Below, piece after piece: positions 20,880 to 30,689 of a stretch of 64,000 nt of DNA. Source of the DNA: an uncultured Nitrospiraceae bacterium (GTDB taxonomy: Bacteria; Nitrospirota; Nitrospiria; Nitrospirales; Nitrospiraceae); NCBI GenBank assembly GCA_963706325.1, contig CAVPLT010000001.1, positions 640,001-704,000 of the forward strand. Reading direction: 5' to 3'. The number at the start of each line of letters is the position of its first letter. Within the stretch, counting starts at the first letter, position 1. Position numbers and translations under genes: made by a program. The notes beneath the pieces are model-generated. The model ran no database searches, had not been told where the DNA came from, and saw only the letters and a list, made by a program, of their open reading frames with translations.

Positions 20880-22988
20880 TTACCGTCCGAGTAAGCCCTT
20901 CAACAGGTCCTTGCCTTGCTGTTTCAGATCTTCCGGCTTTGCGTCGCCTTTTAAGAGATCAACCATCGCGCCCTTGACCTTCTCCTTCACCTGTTCCTGG
21001 ACCTTGCCGGCAAACATTTTTGTATCGAGTCCATACGAAGGGGCCTGCGTACTTCCTGTAATGAGCAGCGGAAGCGAGAGGCGGCCACCGCTCAGCGCCA
21101 CTCGTGCAATAGGGGAACCGGCCGCGATTTTTTGACTCAAGGCCTGCGAGAGATCCAGGCTCAGCTTCATGTTCAAGGAGTGATCTAGGCCGATCGTGCC
21201 GCCCCCCGTGGCTTGAAAATCATGGCTGTCCATGAGCAACCGCTGGACGGCGATGACGCCTTGTTTGACGGCGAACTCACTTTCGATCGTTGAAAAGGCA
21301 GTTGCTTTGGCACTATCCAGCGACACGCCGGCGACCTTGAGTAGCATCGCCGCCTCTTGCAGCAGATTAATCCCTTCAACTTTGCCCTCTTTCACCGCCA
21401 TCCGCCCGGTTCCCACGAGCGCCTTCACGAGGTCGGGGTGGGTGAACCCACGACCATTTACTGCCAGCTCGGCTCCGGCCGTGCCGCTCACGGAAATCTG
21501 ATCGGTGCCGACGGCCTGGAGAGCGGGTCCGAGTTGGAGCCCTTGCAGCGAAACCGTGCCGCTGAAGGGCGGCGTCACGGTTCCAAGCACGAGCGTCCCT
21601 TGCGTGCGCAGGAATCCGCCGAAGAGTTCAAGCGAGAGATTGCTGAGGCGCACGTCCTGCCCCTTCATCTCTGCAGTGGCCTGCAGATCCTTGATCTCCA
21701 CTGGTTTTTTCAACGGGAGTGTGAGCGGCAGGTCCGCGGTATTGACCAGTTTTGAGTTGGCGGTGACTTTGGCCAGCCCGCCTAAGCCAGATCCCTTCAC
21801 CTCGATACGCGAGCTTCCCATGGCCACGATCATTCCCAGGTCAGGGACCTCTGCCGACTCAAGCGGTGTGGCGCCAGCTTTGAGCGGATACTTGGCGCGT
21901 GCGTTGAGATGAAGGTCTTTCAGTTCAATCGGTTTCGTGAGGGGGACTGCGACCGGAAGGTCCGACGAATTGATGCTGGCTGACGCGGCTGTCAGATTGG
22001 CTAGGCCTTTCGTGGCGGTGCCTTTCACATTGATGGCGGAACCGCCCATGACCAGGGTCAGGCCCAGATCGTTCACATCGACCTGGTTAACGGCAGGCAC
22101 GTCAGGTAAAAGCGGGTACTGGGCGTGGAGGGTGAGATGCAGGTCCTTGACCTGGACTGGTCTCGTCAGTGGGAGCGTGACTGGAAGGTCGGTTGTGTCG
22201 ATCTGGAGAGCGGCGACGGTGGCGTCCAAATTTCCGCCCATGGCTCGTCCTTTGAGACTCAAGGCAATTTTGCCCAATTCAAGGTTGAAGCTGAATAATT
22301 TCAGGTCGAGAGTTTCCACGAGGGGTCCGAAGGACCCGTCTAGTCGCACCGGAAGGTTGTAGGGTTGTACAGTTGCGCCCAGGTGTACGCGGGGACTCTC
22401 GCCGAGATGGACCGACGTGAGAAGAAATTCGAGATCGTTGACCGTGTACTCCGTCGGTTTCGAAGTTGATTCGTCGCGGTAGGTCAGTTTGCCGCCGTCG
22501 ATCGAGACTCGGTCTACGGCAAAAAGGGCCAGGGCTTGAAGCGGACTTCCCGCTGGCTGCCCGGGTGTCTCTGGTTTCGAGGGGGTGGACGGAGCCTGCG
22601 GTTTGGCGCCGAGAGTGGACACATTCAACTGGCCTTGGGCATTCTTCAGGACGGTGATGACGGGATCCCGCAGGGTAATTTCTTCCACTTCGACCTTGCC
22701 CCCGAGCAAAGGAAGAAGTTTCACTCCGACATCCAGCGACGAGAGGGACGCGAAAGGGCCGGCGCGAAAAGCCAGATCGTCCTGGATGATAAATCCGCCG
22801 ATGCGTGCGCCGATGCGCGGCCAGATGGTGAGCCGGATGTCCTTGAGTTCGACTTTTCGGTTTAGTGCCTCTTCCATCAATGGCCGGTATCGATCCTGAT
22901 ATTTATTCAGATCGATAAGAAAGGGCAGCGCCACGATCAGGATGATGAGCAACAGAATGACCACACCGACCCCGATCAGGATTTTCAT
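20880..22988 (-). CDS. AsmA-family protein
   Basis: N-terminal TM anchor, LDVGVKLLPLLGGKVEV AsmA motif, C-terminal GKVEGINL...LPLLITGSTQAP. Confidence 0.85.
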   Translation of the reverse strand: MKILIGVGVVILLLIILIVALPFLIDLNKYQDRYRPLMEEALNRKVELKDIRLTIWPRIGARIGGFIIQDDLAFRAGPFASLSSLDVGVKLLPLLGGKVEVEEITLRDPVITVLKNAQGQLNVSTLGAKPQAPSTPSKPETPGQPAGSPLQALALFAVDRVSIDGGKLTYRDESTSKPTEYTVNDLEFLLTSVHLGESPRVHLGATVQPYNLPVRLDGSFGPLVETLDLKLFSFNLELGKIALSLKGRAMGGNLDATVAALQIDTTDLPVTLPLTRPVQVKDLHLTLHAQYPLLPDVPAVNQVDVNDLGLTLVMGGSAINVKGTATKGLANLTAASASINSSDLPVAVPLTKPIELKDLHLNARAKYPLKAGATPLESAEVPDLGMIVAMGSSRIEVKGSGLGGLAKVTANSKLVNTADLPLTLPLKKPVEIKDLQATAEMKGQDVRLSNLSLELFGGFLRTQGTLVLGTVTPPFSGTVSLQGLQLGPALQAVGTDQISVSGTAGAELAVNGRGFTHPDLVKALVGTGRMAVKEGKVEGINLLQEAAMLLKVAGVSLDSAKATAFSTIESEFAVKQGVIAVQRLLMDSHDFQATGGGTIGLDHSLNMKLSLDLSQALSQKIAAGSPIARVALSGGRLSLPLLITGSTQAPSYGLDTKMFAGKVQEQVKEKVKGAMVDLLKGDAKPEDLKQQGKDLLKGLLGR

Positions 22989-23131
22989 CAGGCACCTCCG
23001 CTAAAATAGTGCCGCAGTATAGAAACGCTCGACAAGTCGGTCAATGGCTGCGGCTACATGATGGCCAGGCCTTACCTTGCCGCTCACAGACCTGCGTGAT
23101 AAGATGCGACCCCTTGAAGTCGTCCGATCGC

Positions 23132-23221
<90 letters not shown>

Positions 23222-23291
23222 TATATCACTCGCTCGATCGCCGTCACGAGCCCAGGTGTTGACGAGCGGAGAAGGCCTGCGCGTATTATTC

Positions 23292-23392
23292 GGGGCCGGG
23301 CCCTGTGCAATAGAACCCTGTGAATTCCGCCAGGTCCGGAAGGAAGCAACGGTAAGCGGTCCGTTCTGTGTGCCGCAGGATCACCTGGCCCC
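23292..23392 (+). ncRNA. ffs: Signal recognition particle 4.5S RNA
   Basis: CAGGTCCGGAAGGAAGCAAC domain IV core, complementary GGGGCC/GGCCCC ends, T-run after, upstream of dnaX. Confidence 0.93.
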
Positions 23393-23482
23393 ACTTTTTT
23401 TTCCGATAGCGTGAGTTGTACGCCTCATGCAGGACTATAAGCAGGCGCGATATTTGCCATGCAGGGCAGTCAAGGTCATAAA

Positions 23483-25354
23483 ATGGATTACCAAGTTTCC
23501 GCGAGAAAATTCCGGCCCGGGACGTTTGACGATGTGATCGGGCAGCCGCATGTCGTGCAGACGCTGATGAATTCGATCGCCACGAAGCGCATCGCCCATG
23601 CGTTTCTCTTTTCCGGAACCCGCGGCGTTGGAAAAACGACGATCGCACGGATCTTGGCGAAGGCGCTCAATTGTGAGCAAGGGCCGACGGGGATGCCCTG
23701 CAATACCTGTGCGAATTGCCTGGAGATTACGCAGGGGACGTCGGTGGATGTGATCGAGATCGACGGGGCATCGAACACCAGCGTCGACGATGTCCGCGAG
23801 ATTCGCGAGAATGTGAAATTTGCCCCGTTCCGGGGACAGTATCGGGTCTATATTATCGACGAAGTGCACATGCTCTCCAACTCGGCGTTCAACGCATTGT
23901 TGAAAACGTTGGAAGAGCCCCCTGCCCATGTCGTGTTTATCTTCGCGACGACGGAAATTCACAAAATTCCCGCGACGATTCTGTCGCGTTGCCAGCATTA
24001 TAACTTTCGCCGCATTTCAAAAGCCGAGATTGTGCAGCGGCTTCGACACGTCGCGGGGCAAGACGGGTTAACCATCGAAGATCGGAGCCTCATGGCCCTC
24101 GCACGCGCCAGTGAAGGCAGCATGCGTGACGGCCTCAGTCTGTTGGATCAAATTATTGCGTTCGGCGGCAAGACGATACGGCATCAAGATCTTGAAGCCC
24201 TCCTGGGCGCAGTTCCTCAGGAACGAGTACGAGCCATGATCGAAGCCGTGATCGAGCAAAACAGTCCGAGGGCGTTGCAGGTGATCGCCGGATTGTTGGA
24301 TCAAGGGCACGATGTGCGCGCCTATTGTGCCGGTCTTGTGGAGTATGTGCGGAACATGTTGGTTGCAGCGGTGGTGCCGTCGGGACCTGATTTGCGGGGG
24401 CTTATCGAGGCTTCCGAAGAGGATCTGGTTCAGCTGGTCCGCGATGCCGAGCGGTTCACCGTCGAGCAATTGCAGGAATTATTTCGTATGTGTGCGGCAG
24501 CGGAAGATAGTTTGCGTGCGAGCGCGCATCCGCGGTTTGTGCTGGAGACCGTGGCGGTGCGTGCTACCCGACTGTTACGGGTCTCCAATGGCTTGCCGGC
24601 AGCGGCGGTTCAGGCAGCTCAACTGGACAAACCGTCAGCCGAGCGTCGATTAGGTGGCCAAGTGCCGTTGCAGTCGCCGGAGCGAGCTGGGCAGTCTGGC
24701 GTGACCAGAGACGTTGGCACACGAGTCACTCAAAATGCCGCAAGGGAGGCGCCTGCAGCTGGCAAGAGCGGTCCGAAGGCATCGGCCAAGGGCTGTTCTC
24801 CTGACACGGTACCCGCCTCTGTTCCGAGACCAGCTCCTCACACGTTGAATCCAGAGATCGCCCCGGCTCCCTCCGAGCCGGTTCTACCAGTGCGTGAAGC
24901 GGCGGCCGTCTCCACGGTGCCGCCTACTGCGGTGGAGGTCAACTGGGAGCAATTTCAAGCGGCGGTTACGGCGAACCATCCGAATATTGCCCCGTTTCTT
25001 GAAATGGGGCGATTGGTCGGGATTGAAGGCGCATTGATTACGCTGGGGTTTGCCAAGCAGGCGACCGTGGCCCGGGCGATGTTGGAGAAAGAAGACAATC
25101 TCCGGGCCTTGGCGGCCCTGGGCGAAGACCTCTACGGCTGTGCCGTACGGATTCGAATTGTGGAAGTGGCGGCGCAGGAGCCAGGGGCCGCACCCACCAT
25201 GAAGCAAATACGGATTGCGAAAGAGCAGGAACAGCGCCTCATTTTGACGCAACAGGCGAAGGCGCATCCCCTTGTCAAGCAAGCGCTGGAGATGTTCGGT
25301 GGAGAACTGGCGGAGGTTAGGACGACCGTTCCGGTGCAGGAGGTGCAAGAATGA
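23483..25354 (+). CDS. dnaX: DNA polymerase III subunit gamma/tau
   Basis: ARKFRP, GTRGVGKTT, IDEVHML, ILSRCQ. Confidence 0.97.
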   Translation: MDYQVSARKFRPGTFDDVIGQPHVVQTLMNSIATKRIAHAFLFSGTRGVGKTTIARILAKALNCEQGPTGMPCNTCANCLEITQGTSVDVIEIDGASNTSVDDVREIRENVKFAPFRGQYRVYIIDEVHMLSNSAFNALLKTLEEPPAHVVFIFATTEIHKIPATILSRCQHYNFRRISKAEIVQRLRHVAGQDGLTIEDRSLMALARASEGSMRDGLSLLDQIIAFGGKTIRHQDLEALLGAVPQERVRAMIEAVIEQNSPRALQVIAGLLDQGHDVRAYCAGLVEYVRNMLVAAVVPSGPDLRGLIEASEEDLVQLVRDAERFTVEQLQELFRMCAAAEDSLRASAHPRFVLETVAVRATRLLRVSNGLPAAAVQAAQLDKPSAERRLGGQVPLQSPERAGQSGVTRDVGTRVTQNAAREAPAAGKSGPKASAKGCSPDTVPASVPRPAPHTLNPEIAPAPSEPVLPVREAAAVSTVPPTAVEVNWEQFQAAVTANHPNIAPFLEMGRLVGIEGALITLGFAKQATVARAMLEKEDNLRALAALGEDLYGCAVRIRIVEVAAQEPGAAPTMKQIRIAKEQEQRLILTQQAKAHPLVKQALEMFGGELAEVRTTVPVQEVQE

Positions 25355-25674
25355 AGAGTCCGTTTGGGAACATGTCGAATATTTTGAAACAAGCGCAGGC
25401 CATGCAGGAGCAAATGGCTAAGGTGCAAGAGCAGGCAGCAGCCAAGACCGTTTCAGGAACTGCTGGTGGAGGCATTGTGACGGTGACGGTCAATGGGGCC
25501 ATGGACCTGGTCAGCGTGAAAATTGATCCGGAGGTTGTGAAGGCCGGCGATGTCGATATGCTCCAAGACTTGGTGGTGGCTGCCGGGAATGACGCCCTCA
25601 AGAAATCTCGCGACATGATGGCTGAGGAGATGAAGGCTGTGACCGGCGGGATGAAGATCCCAGGCCTCTTTTGA
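25351..25674 (+). CDS. ybaB: YbaB/EbfC nucleoid-associated protein
   Basis: KQAQAMQ...GTAGGGIVTV...MLQDLVVAA; between dnaX and recR. Confidence 0.95.
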   Translation: MKSPFGNMSNILKQAQAMQEQMAKVQEQAAAKTVSGTAGGGIVTVTVNGAMDLVSVKIDPEVVKAGDVDMLQDLVVAAGNDALKKSRDMMAEEMKAVTGGMKIPGLF

Positions 25675-25746
25675 GTTCTCGATGCGACGGATTTGGATGG
25701 GCGGGTGAATTGTTCTTACGTCCGTTCCGATACGTGAACACACTTC

Positions 25747-26349
25747 ATGAGTATTGATCAGCAGGGGCTGTTGGCAAAACTGGTGCGAGAGTTGGTCCGC
25801 TTGCCTGGAATTGGCCAGAAGAGTGCGCAACGGTTGGCTTTTCATATTCTGAAGTCGGAACGAGAAGATGCTCTGCGCTTGTCTGAAGCAATTCAGGCCG
25901 TGAAGGATGGTCTGTCCTTTTGCCTCCAATGTCGCAACATTGCCGAAGAAGAGCTCTGTGAATTTTGCCGGGATCCCAAGCGCGATCGAACGAAGATCCT
26001 TGTGATCGAAGAGCCGAGCACGCTGTATGCGATCGAGCGGGCTGGGGGCTACCGTGGGCTCTATCATGTCCTGTTGGGGGTCCTGTCTCCATTGGACGGC
26101 GTCGGTCCCTCGGACATTCGCGCGGATGAACTGCTTGATCGGGTCAAGGCTGGAGGAGTGGAGGAAATTATTGTCGCCACGAACCCGACGATCGAGGGTG
26201 AGGCGACGGCTATCTATTTGACCCGTCTATTGAAGCCGCATCACGTGCGGGTCTCGCGTATCGCATATGGAATTCCAGTTGGAATGGACATAGAATATGC
26301 GGACGAAGTCACGTTGATGAAGTCTATTGAGGGCAGAAGAGATCTTTGA
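25747..26349 (+). CDS. recR: Recombination mediator RecR
   Basis: LPGIGQKSAQRLA, C4 zinc finger, TOPRIM ATNPTIEGEATA. Confidence 0.97.
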   Translation: MSIDQQGLLAKLVRELVRLPGIGQKSAQRLAFHILKSEREDALRLSEAIQAVKDGLSFCLQCRNIAEEELCEFCRDPKRDRTKILVIEEPSTLYAIERAGGYRGLYHVLLGVLSPLDGVGPSDIRADELLDRVKAGGVEEIIVATNPTIEGEATAIYLTRLLKPHHVRVSRIAYGIPVGMDIEYADEVTLMKSIEGRRDL

Positions 26350-26445
26350 CGGCAGGGCTGATTGACCGCTTCGGATTGAGACTGCTATAGTCAAATTTTC
26401 GACCCTGTCCGAGGACAATACCGGCGTAACGAAATCGAGTATTTA

Positions 26446-26853
26446 ATGAAGACTCCAGCAAAAAACTCTTCCACTGATCGGCCGCAGCCCACTAAGCCAA
26501 ACGGAGTTAAGTATCCTGATATCCTGCAGGATCTTGAAGCGCAACGGGCAGCGATTTTAGCTGAGGCCGGGGTGGTGCTGACCAGTCCAACGGGTCTGGA
26601 AATTTTCCCGGATGTAAGTGATCAGGCTTCTGCAGAGGCCGACCAGCACTTTTCATTTCGGATTCGGGAGCGGGAGCAGAAATTACTTAAGAAAATCGAC
26701 GAGGCCCTTAGCCGTTTCGCCACTCAGACGTACGGTGTTTGTGTTCGCTGCGGCGGAGATATTCCTTACAAGCGTTTGAAAGCCCGCCCCGTCACGACGT
26801 TATGTATCGAGTGTAAGACGAGTCAGGAAGAGGAAGAAAAGTCACCCCGCTAG
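26446..26853 (+). CDS. dksA: RNA polymerase-binding protein DksA
   Basis: PDVSDQA coiled-coil tip, YGVCVRCG...RLKARP..LCIECK. Confidence 0.9.
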   Translation: MKTPAKNSSTDRPQPTKPNGVKYPDILQDLEAQRAAILAEAGVVLTSPTGLEIFPDVSDQASAEADQHFSFRIREREQKLLKKIDEALSRFATQTYGVCVRCGGDIPYKRLKARPVTTLCIECKTSQEEEEKSPR

Positions 26854-26916
26854 CGCTGAACCATACCCAATCCGGCTAAACCCACGACTATTGTTTGATA
26901 CCGTCTCTTGTGTGTT

Positions 26917-28059
26917 CTAATGTTTTAGCTCTTTCACACGTTTCTGGGCGAGGGCGGATCGGTCAGCTTCTTCAGGTATACCTTCTGCGAGTGCCAAGTA
27001 CGTTTCATATTCAGTAATAGCCCGTTTGGGGTTGGTTTGCGCAATGGCCTCGGCTACATTGAATCGGGCAATGGCATAGTTGGGGCGTAGTAAGACTGCC
27101 TTCTCGAAAGAGGCCAGGGCATTTTGCTTATCACCTAGCTTCCCGTACACATGACCGAGATTGTTGAACACTTCGGGAGAATTCGGACGTTTAGCCAATG
27201 AGGCCAGCAGTTCGCTCTTGGCTTTCTCCAGGTTTCCTGCCGCTTCCCAGGAGACTCCCAGTCGATGGTTCAGCTCTGCCTGCCAGACCTTGCTGGTAAA
27301 TCCCGATACACTCGCCTTTTGGTACGCATCCAAGGCAATGCTTTGGTTTTTTGCTCCGCAGTAAGCCAGCTGGGCCGTCTGACCTCGCGCGAACTGTTGC
27401 AGTGACGCAAATGGCTCCTTGTCTTCGGCTCCCTGGGAGTCGAGATGCTGACCGTCAGTTTGCTGTGCGGTGCTGCGGAGACGGTCAAGGAATTCTTTGC
27501 GATAGGGAGAGAACAGCTTTACGTAAGGGTCGATGGTAAAAGACGCTTCGAGCAGGCGAGGCGCGGCTCGGTCACCTAGGACGAGGTACCGCGTCGTGGT
27601 TTTTTCATCGCCCGTATCGTAGAGGGTACTACCCGCCATATTTTGGCGATCGGTTAACTGCGAGACCGTGAGATAAAACTCTAGGCTGGGTTTGAGTTGA
27701 GACAGGGTGCGTCGGAGAGTTTTGTAGGGCGTCAGATCGAGTCCTGAGCGGAAGACGAATAAGGTACCGACTAACGTCCCGTCCTCATCGAAGAAGTACG
27801 ACTCCTCTCCTTTTGAAAGGCTTTGTTCTTGTGGAATGCGCAGTTCTTTTCCGCTGCCCCAGGTCTGTACGTGCGGAGTGATGCCGGGATGTGCTTCTTC
27901 GAACGCCTGGCGGGAATCACAAAGTTTGGTTGATTTGAGCAGGTCAAGGTCACTTTCTGAGGGTGGGAGCGGTGGCCGCGGGGGTGGAGGAGTTCCGCAC
28001 CCAGCCAAGAAGGCGCCGATAGTGAATAGTACGGGCAGTGGCAGGAGCAGGCGATGCAT
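26917..28059 (-). CDS. TPR-containing lipoprotein
   Basis: LAGC lipobox, C-terminal TPRs (FNNLGHVYGKLG, ARFNVAE). Confidence 0.85.
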   Translation of the reverse strand: MHRLLLPLPVLFTIGAFLAGCGTPPPPRPPLPPSESDLDLLKSTKLCDSRQAFEEAHPGITPHVQTWGSGKELRIPQEQSLSKGEESYFFDEDGTLVGTLFVFRSGLDLTPYKTLRRTLSQLKPSLEFYLTVSQLTDRQNMAGSTLYDTGDEKTTTRYLVLGDRAAPRLLEASFTIDPYVKLFSPYRKEFLDRLRSTAQQTDGQHLDSQGAEDKEPFASLQQFARGQTAQLAYCGAKNQSIALDAYQKASVSGFTSKVWQAELNHRLGVSWEAAGNLEKAKSELLASLAKRPNSPEVFNNLGHVYGKLGDKQNALASFEKAVLLRPNYAIARFNVAEAIAQTNPKRAITEYETYLALAEGIPEEADRSALAQKRVKELKH

Positions 28060-28182
28060 GGCTGGGATAATTGCCTCAGTCCGAACGTCAGCGATCAAAG
28101 GTCACCTAGCATACCTTAAACGTCGAAGTCGATGCGACTGGCAGTAGGGGGAGTGGGAAAAGAGGGAGTGGCAGACCTCGCC

Positions 28183-28554
28183 TCACCGGCCGGAATATGC
28201 CAGCCGGCGAGACTCGAGGAGGCTTACCGACGCTGTGAGTCGATCATGGAGTCTTCGGCTGTATAGCCGAAGAGGTATGGTGCGTGCTCCGGCGATGGCA
28301 TAGAGGGGGCGGTTCACCGTGTAATCCACAAGGTGTCCGACGGGGTGGAGGATAAATCCAGCCCATCGAAAGGGGTTATCATTGGCCTGCGAGGCTGCCA
28401 TGGGATCGGAATACACCAACGAGGTGCTGTCCATGGCGCTATAGATACTCAGCGGTGCATTGTAGTCCTGATCCTGCGTGACCATCTGGTTAGTGCTTGA
28501 ACAGCCGGTGGTCAGAACCAGTCCCAATATCATCGTAGCCACAGTCCCGCGCAT
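28183..28554 (-). CDS. Hypothetical lipoprotein, possibly frameshifted near its 3' end
   Basis: TTGC lipobox; an alternative C-terminus in another frame ends at 28224 (see findings). Confidence 0.65.
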   Translation of the reverse strand: MRGTVATMILGLVLTTGCSSTNQMVTQDQDYNAPLSIYSAMDSTSLVYSDPMAASQANDNPFRWAGFILHPVGHLVDYTVNRPLYAIAGARTIPLRLYSRRLHDRLTASVSLLESRRLAYSGR

Positions 28555-28736
28555 ACATTCCTCTCTTTCTTGTAGGAACATTCGAGAAAGCAGAATCTGT
28601 TCCTTGTGAGGAAAGTCTAGCGCAGGGTTCTGGTTCTGTCCAGTCGGAAAGGTCTAGGAGCGTTTCCTCTAGGACAGGAGAGCCAAATTGACCCGTTAGG
28701 AGGAACCGAATAGGGTAATGGAACTTACAATGGCAG

Positions 28737-28785
28737 GATGGTGGGCGATACTGGTATCGAACCAGTGGCCTCTTCCGTGTGAAGG
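28737..28785. repeat. att site (displaced 3' part of tRNA-Val)
   Basis: GATGGTGGGCGATACTGGTATCGAACCAGTGGCCTCTTCCGTGTGAAGG, identical to 41255-41303. Confidence 0.95.
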
Positions 28786-28914
28786 CAAAAAGGTAGATTT
28801 CATAATAGCTCGCTGTTGCAATGGTTTCCCCACAAAAAGCTGAAATTTCATGTGCTTAGGAGTTATCGATAGCTTATACTGTCTACATTACGTTTTGAGG
28901 TTTTAGACGATTTC

Positions 28915-28934
28915 TGACACAAAAGCGACCACAG
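28915..28934. repeat. Putative integrase arm-type site
   Basis: TGACACAAAAGCGACCACAG, 18/20 identical to 41192-41211. Confidence 0.7.
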
Positions 28935-29240
28935 GGTGAATACCTATACGAAATGGCCGATTAAAATCCCGCGTTGAGACCCACGACACAAAGCTTGTTT
29001 CGGGAAGAGGATTTAATCCTCTGACCTTGAGATATGAGATGCTTATTGGGTGATTTGCCAATGCTTTGACCTCACATTTGGTTTCTAATCTTTATTAATC
29101 AGTAAGTTGCAGCATTCTGGCGACGTCGCTGTGATGAGTCCCAGATTTCCCGCTTGGATGCCGATCTCGCCCATCGCTGGGTACGCGGCCATGTGAAGAA
29201 TCTATACAGTAGTCCTCGAAAGGAATGAGCCTCTGGAACG

Positions 29241-30689
29241 ATGTTGAGGCAACCGTTCGTATTATATTGTGTCGCAGGAGTGTGCGTTGCCGTGGCATTC
29301 GTCGGTGGCAGTGCACTCCACGCGATGTGGCCGGATTGGCGTTGGCAGCATGAGCCGCTGCACTCCATGATAGAGGCCGTGGGAGGTCTCGGCGCTATTG
29401 CGATGGGAATGGTGTTGCTGCACACGCACGACGAATCCATCGCAGGCCAATATCGCGTGTTGGCTGCAGGATTTCTCGGGATGGGAATCCTCGAAGAGTT
29501 TCATGCCGCGGCACGACCAGGCAACGGATTTGTCCTATTTCGCAATATGGCTAGCATAGCCGGTAGCATTGGATTGTTATTGGCCTGGAGCAGGCACGCG
29601 TCGGCAGATCAAGTTGGGTGGCGCTCGCTTCCCTGGGTAATTGCGATCGCTGCAATGTCGGTCGGAATCTGGTTTCTGGTATTTCCTCAGCACATACCTG
29701 AGATGATGCGAAATGGCGAACTGACTCCGACGGCAGTCGCGCCGCAAAGCATCGCCTGCCTATTGTTCCTGCTCGCAGCTGCACGCTTTCTATGGGACTT
29801 TCGCCGCTCAAAGAGGTCAGAAGATGCATTGTTTGCGAGCCTTGCTCTTCTCTACGGTATAGCCGAATTTGTATTCATGCACTCGATTCCCTGGGACGAC
29901 CGCTGGTGGTTCTGGCATGCTTTACGCTTGATCGCTTGTCTACTGGCTTTGGCATACATTGGCCGAAGCTACATACACATCACACATGACTTGCAGACAT
30001 CCCTCGTAGAGAACATCCATGCCAAGGAGACGCTGAGTCAGAGCGAGGGCCACATCCGTCGAATACTTAATGAACGAGAGCGCATGGCTCAAGATCTCCA
30101 TGACAGCACCATACAGTCCCTTTTCGCGATCAACCTCAATCTCGAGCGATGCCAACGTCTCGTGTCCACCACACACCATGATGTTGGCACGCAGTTGGGC
30201 AGAGCCGTAGTGGGTCTCACGGCGGTGATTCGAGACCTTCGACGGTACATTCTTGGCTTGGAGTCACCGATCTCAAGCGGATCCACATTCGAAATGGCGC
30301 TGACTTCATTAGTCAGCGACCTGAACCATTCCTCTGAGCTTCACTTTCGATTGCACGTGAGCCGTGAGGCCGCAGACCGGCTGACTTCGCAGCAGGCGTC
30401 GCAACTTCTCCCCATTGCGCGAGAAGCCATGACTAATTGTCTCCGTCACGCTGACGCTCACGCAATCAGCCTCACACTTCACTTGTACGACGGGAGGGTT
30501 CGCCTCATAGTGGAGGATGATGGAGTCGGATTCGACGCCAGCAAGGCTAGCAGTCACGGTCATGGACTCAAGAATATGGAGACACGCGCCAGAGCGCTGG
30601 GCGGCCGCCTGGAAGTCATGTCTGGCTCTGGCCATGGAACTCGGATCATCTGTGATCTTACCCAGGAGTGTGATGAAGCCACAGTCTGA
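29241..30689 (+). CDS. Membrane sensor histidine kinase (HisKA_3 type, multi-TM MASE3-like input)
   Basis: 7-8 TM helices with His residues; ERERMAQDLHD H-box, EAMTNCLRHA, EDDGVGFD, GHGLKNM. Confidence 0.9.
   Translation: MLRQPFVLYCVAGVCVAVAFVGGSALHAMWPDWRWQHEPLHSMIEAVGGLGAIAMGMVLLHTHDESIAGQYRVLAAGFLGMGILEEFHAAARPGNGFVLFRNMASIAGSIGLLLAWSRHASADQVGWRSLPWVIAIAAMSVGIWFLVFPQHIPEMMRNGELTPTAVAPQSIACLLFLLAAARFLWDFRRSKRSEDALFASLALLYGIAEFVFMHSIPWDDRWWFWHALRLIACLLALAYIGRSYIHITHDLQTSLVENIHAKETLSQSEGHIRRILNERERMAQDLHDSTIQSLFAINLNLERCQRLVSTTHHDVGTQLGRAVVGLTAVIRDLRRYILGLESPISSGSTFEMALTSLVSDLNHSSELHFRLHVSREAADRLTSQQASQLLPIAREAMTNCLRHADAHAISLTLHLYDGRVRLIVEDDGVGFDASKASSHGHGLKNMETRARALGGRLEVMSGSGHGTRIICDLTQECDEATV

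Noticed and set aside
28737..28785. Second tRNA-Val gene
   Set aside because: Only the 3' part is present; it is the att duplication
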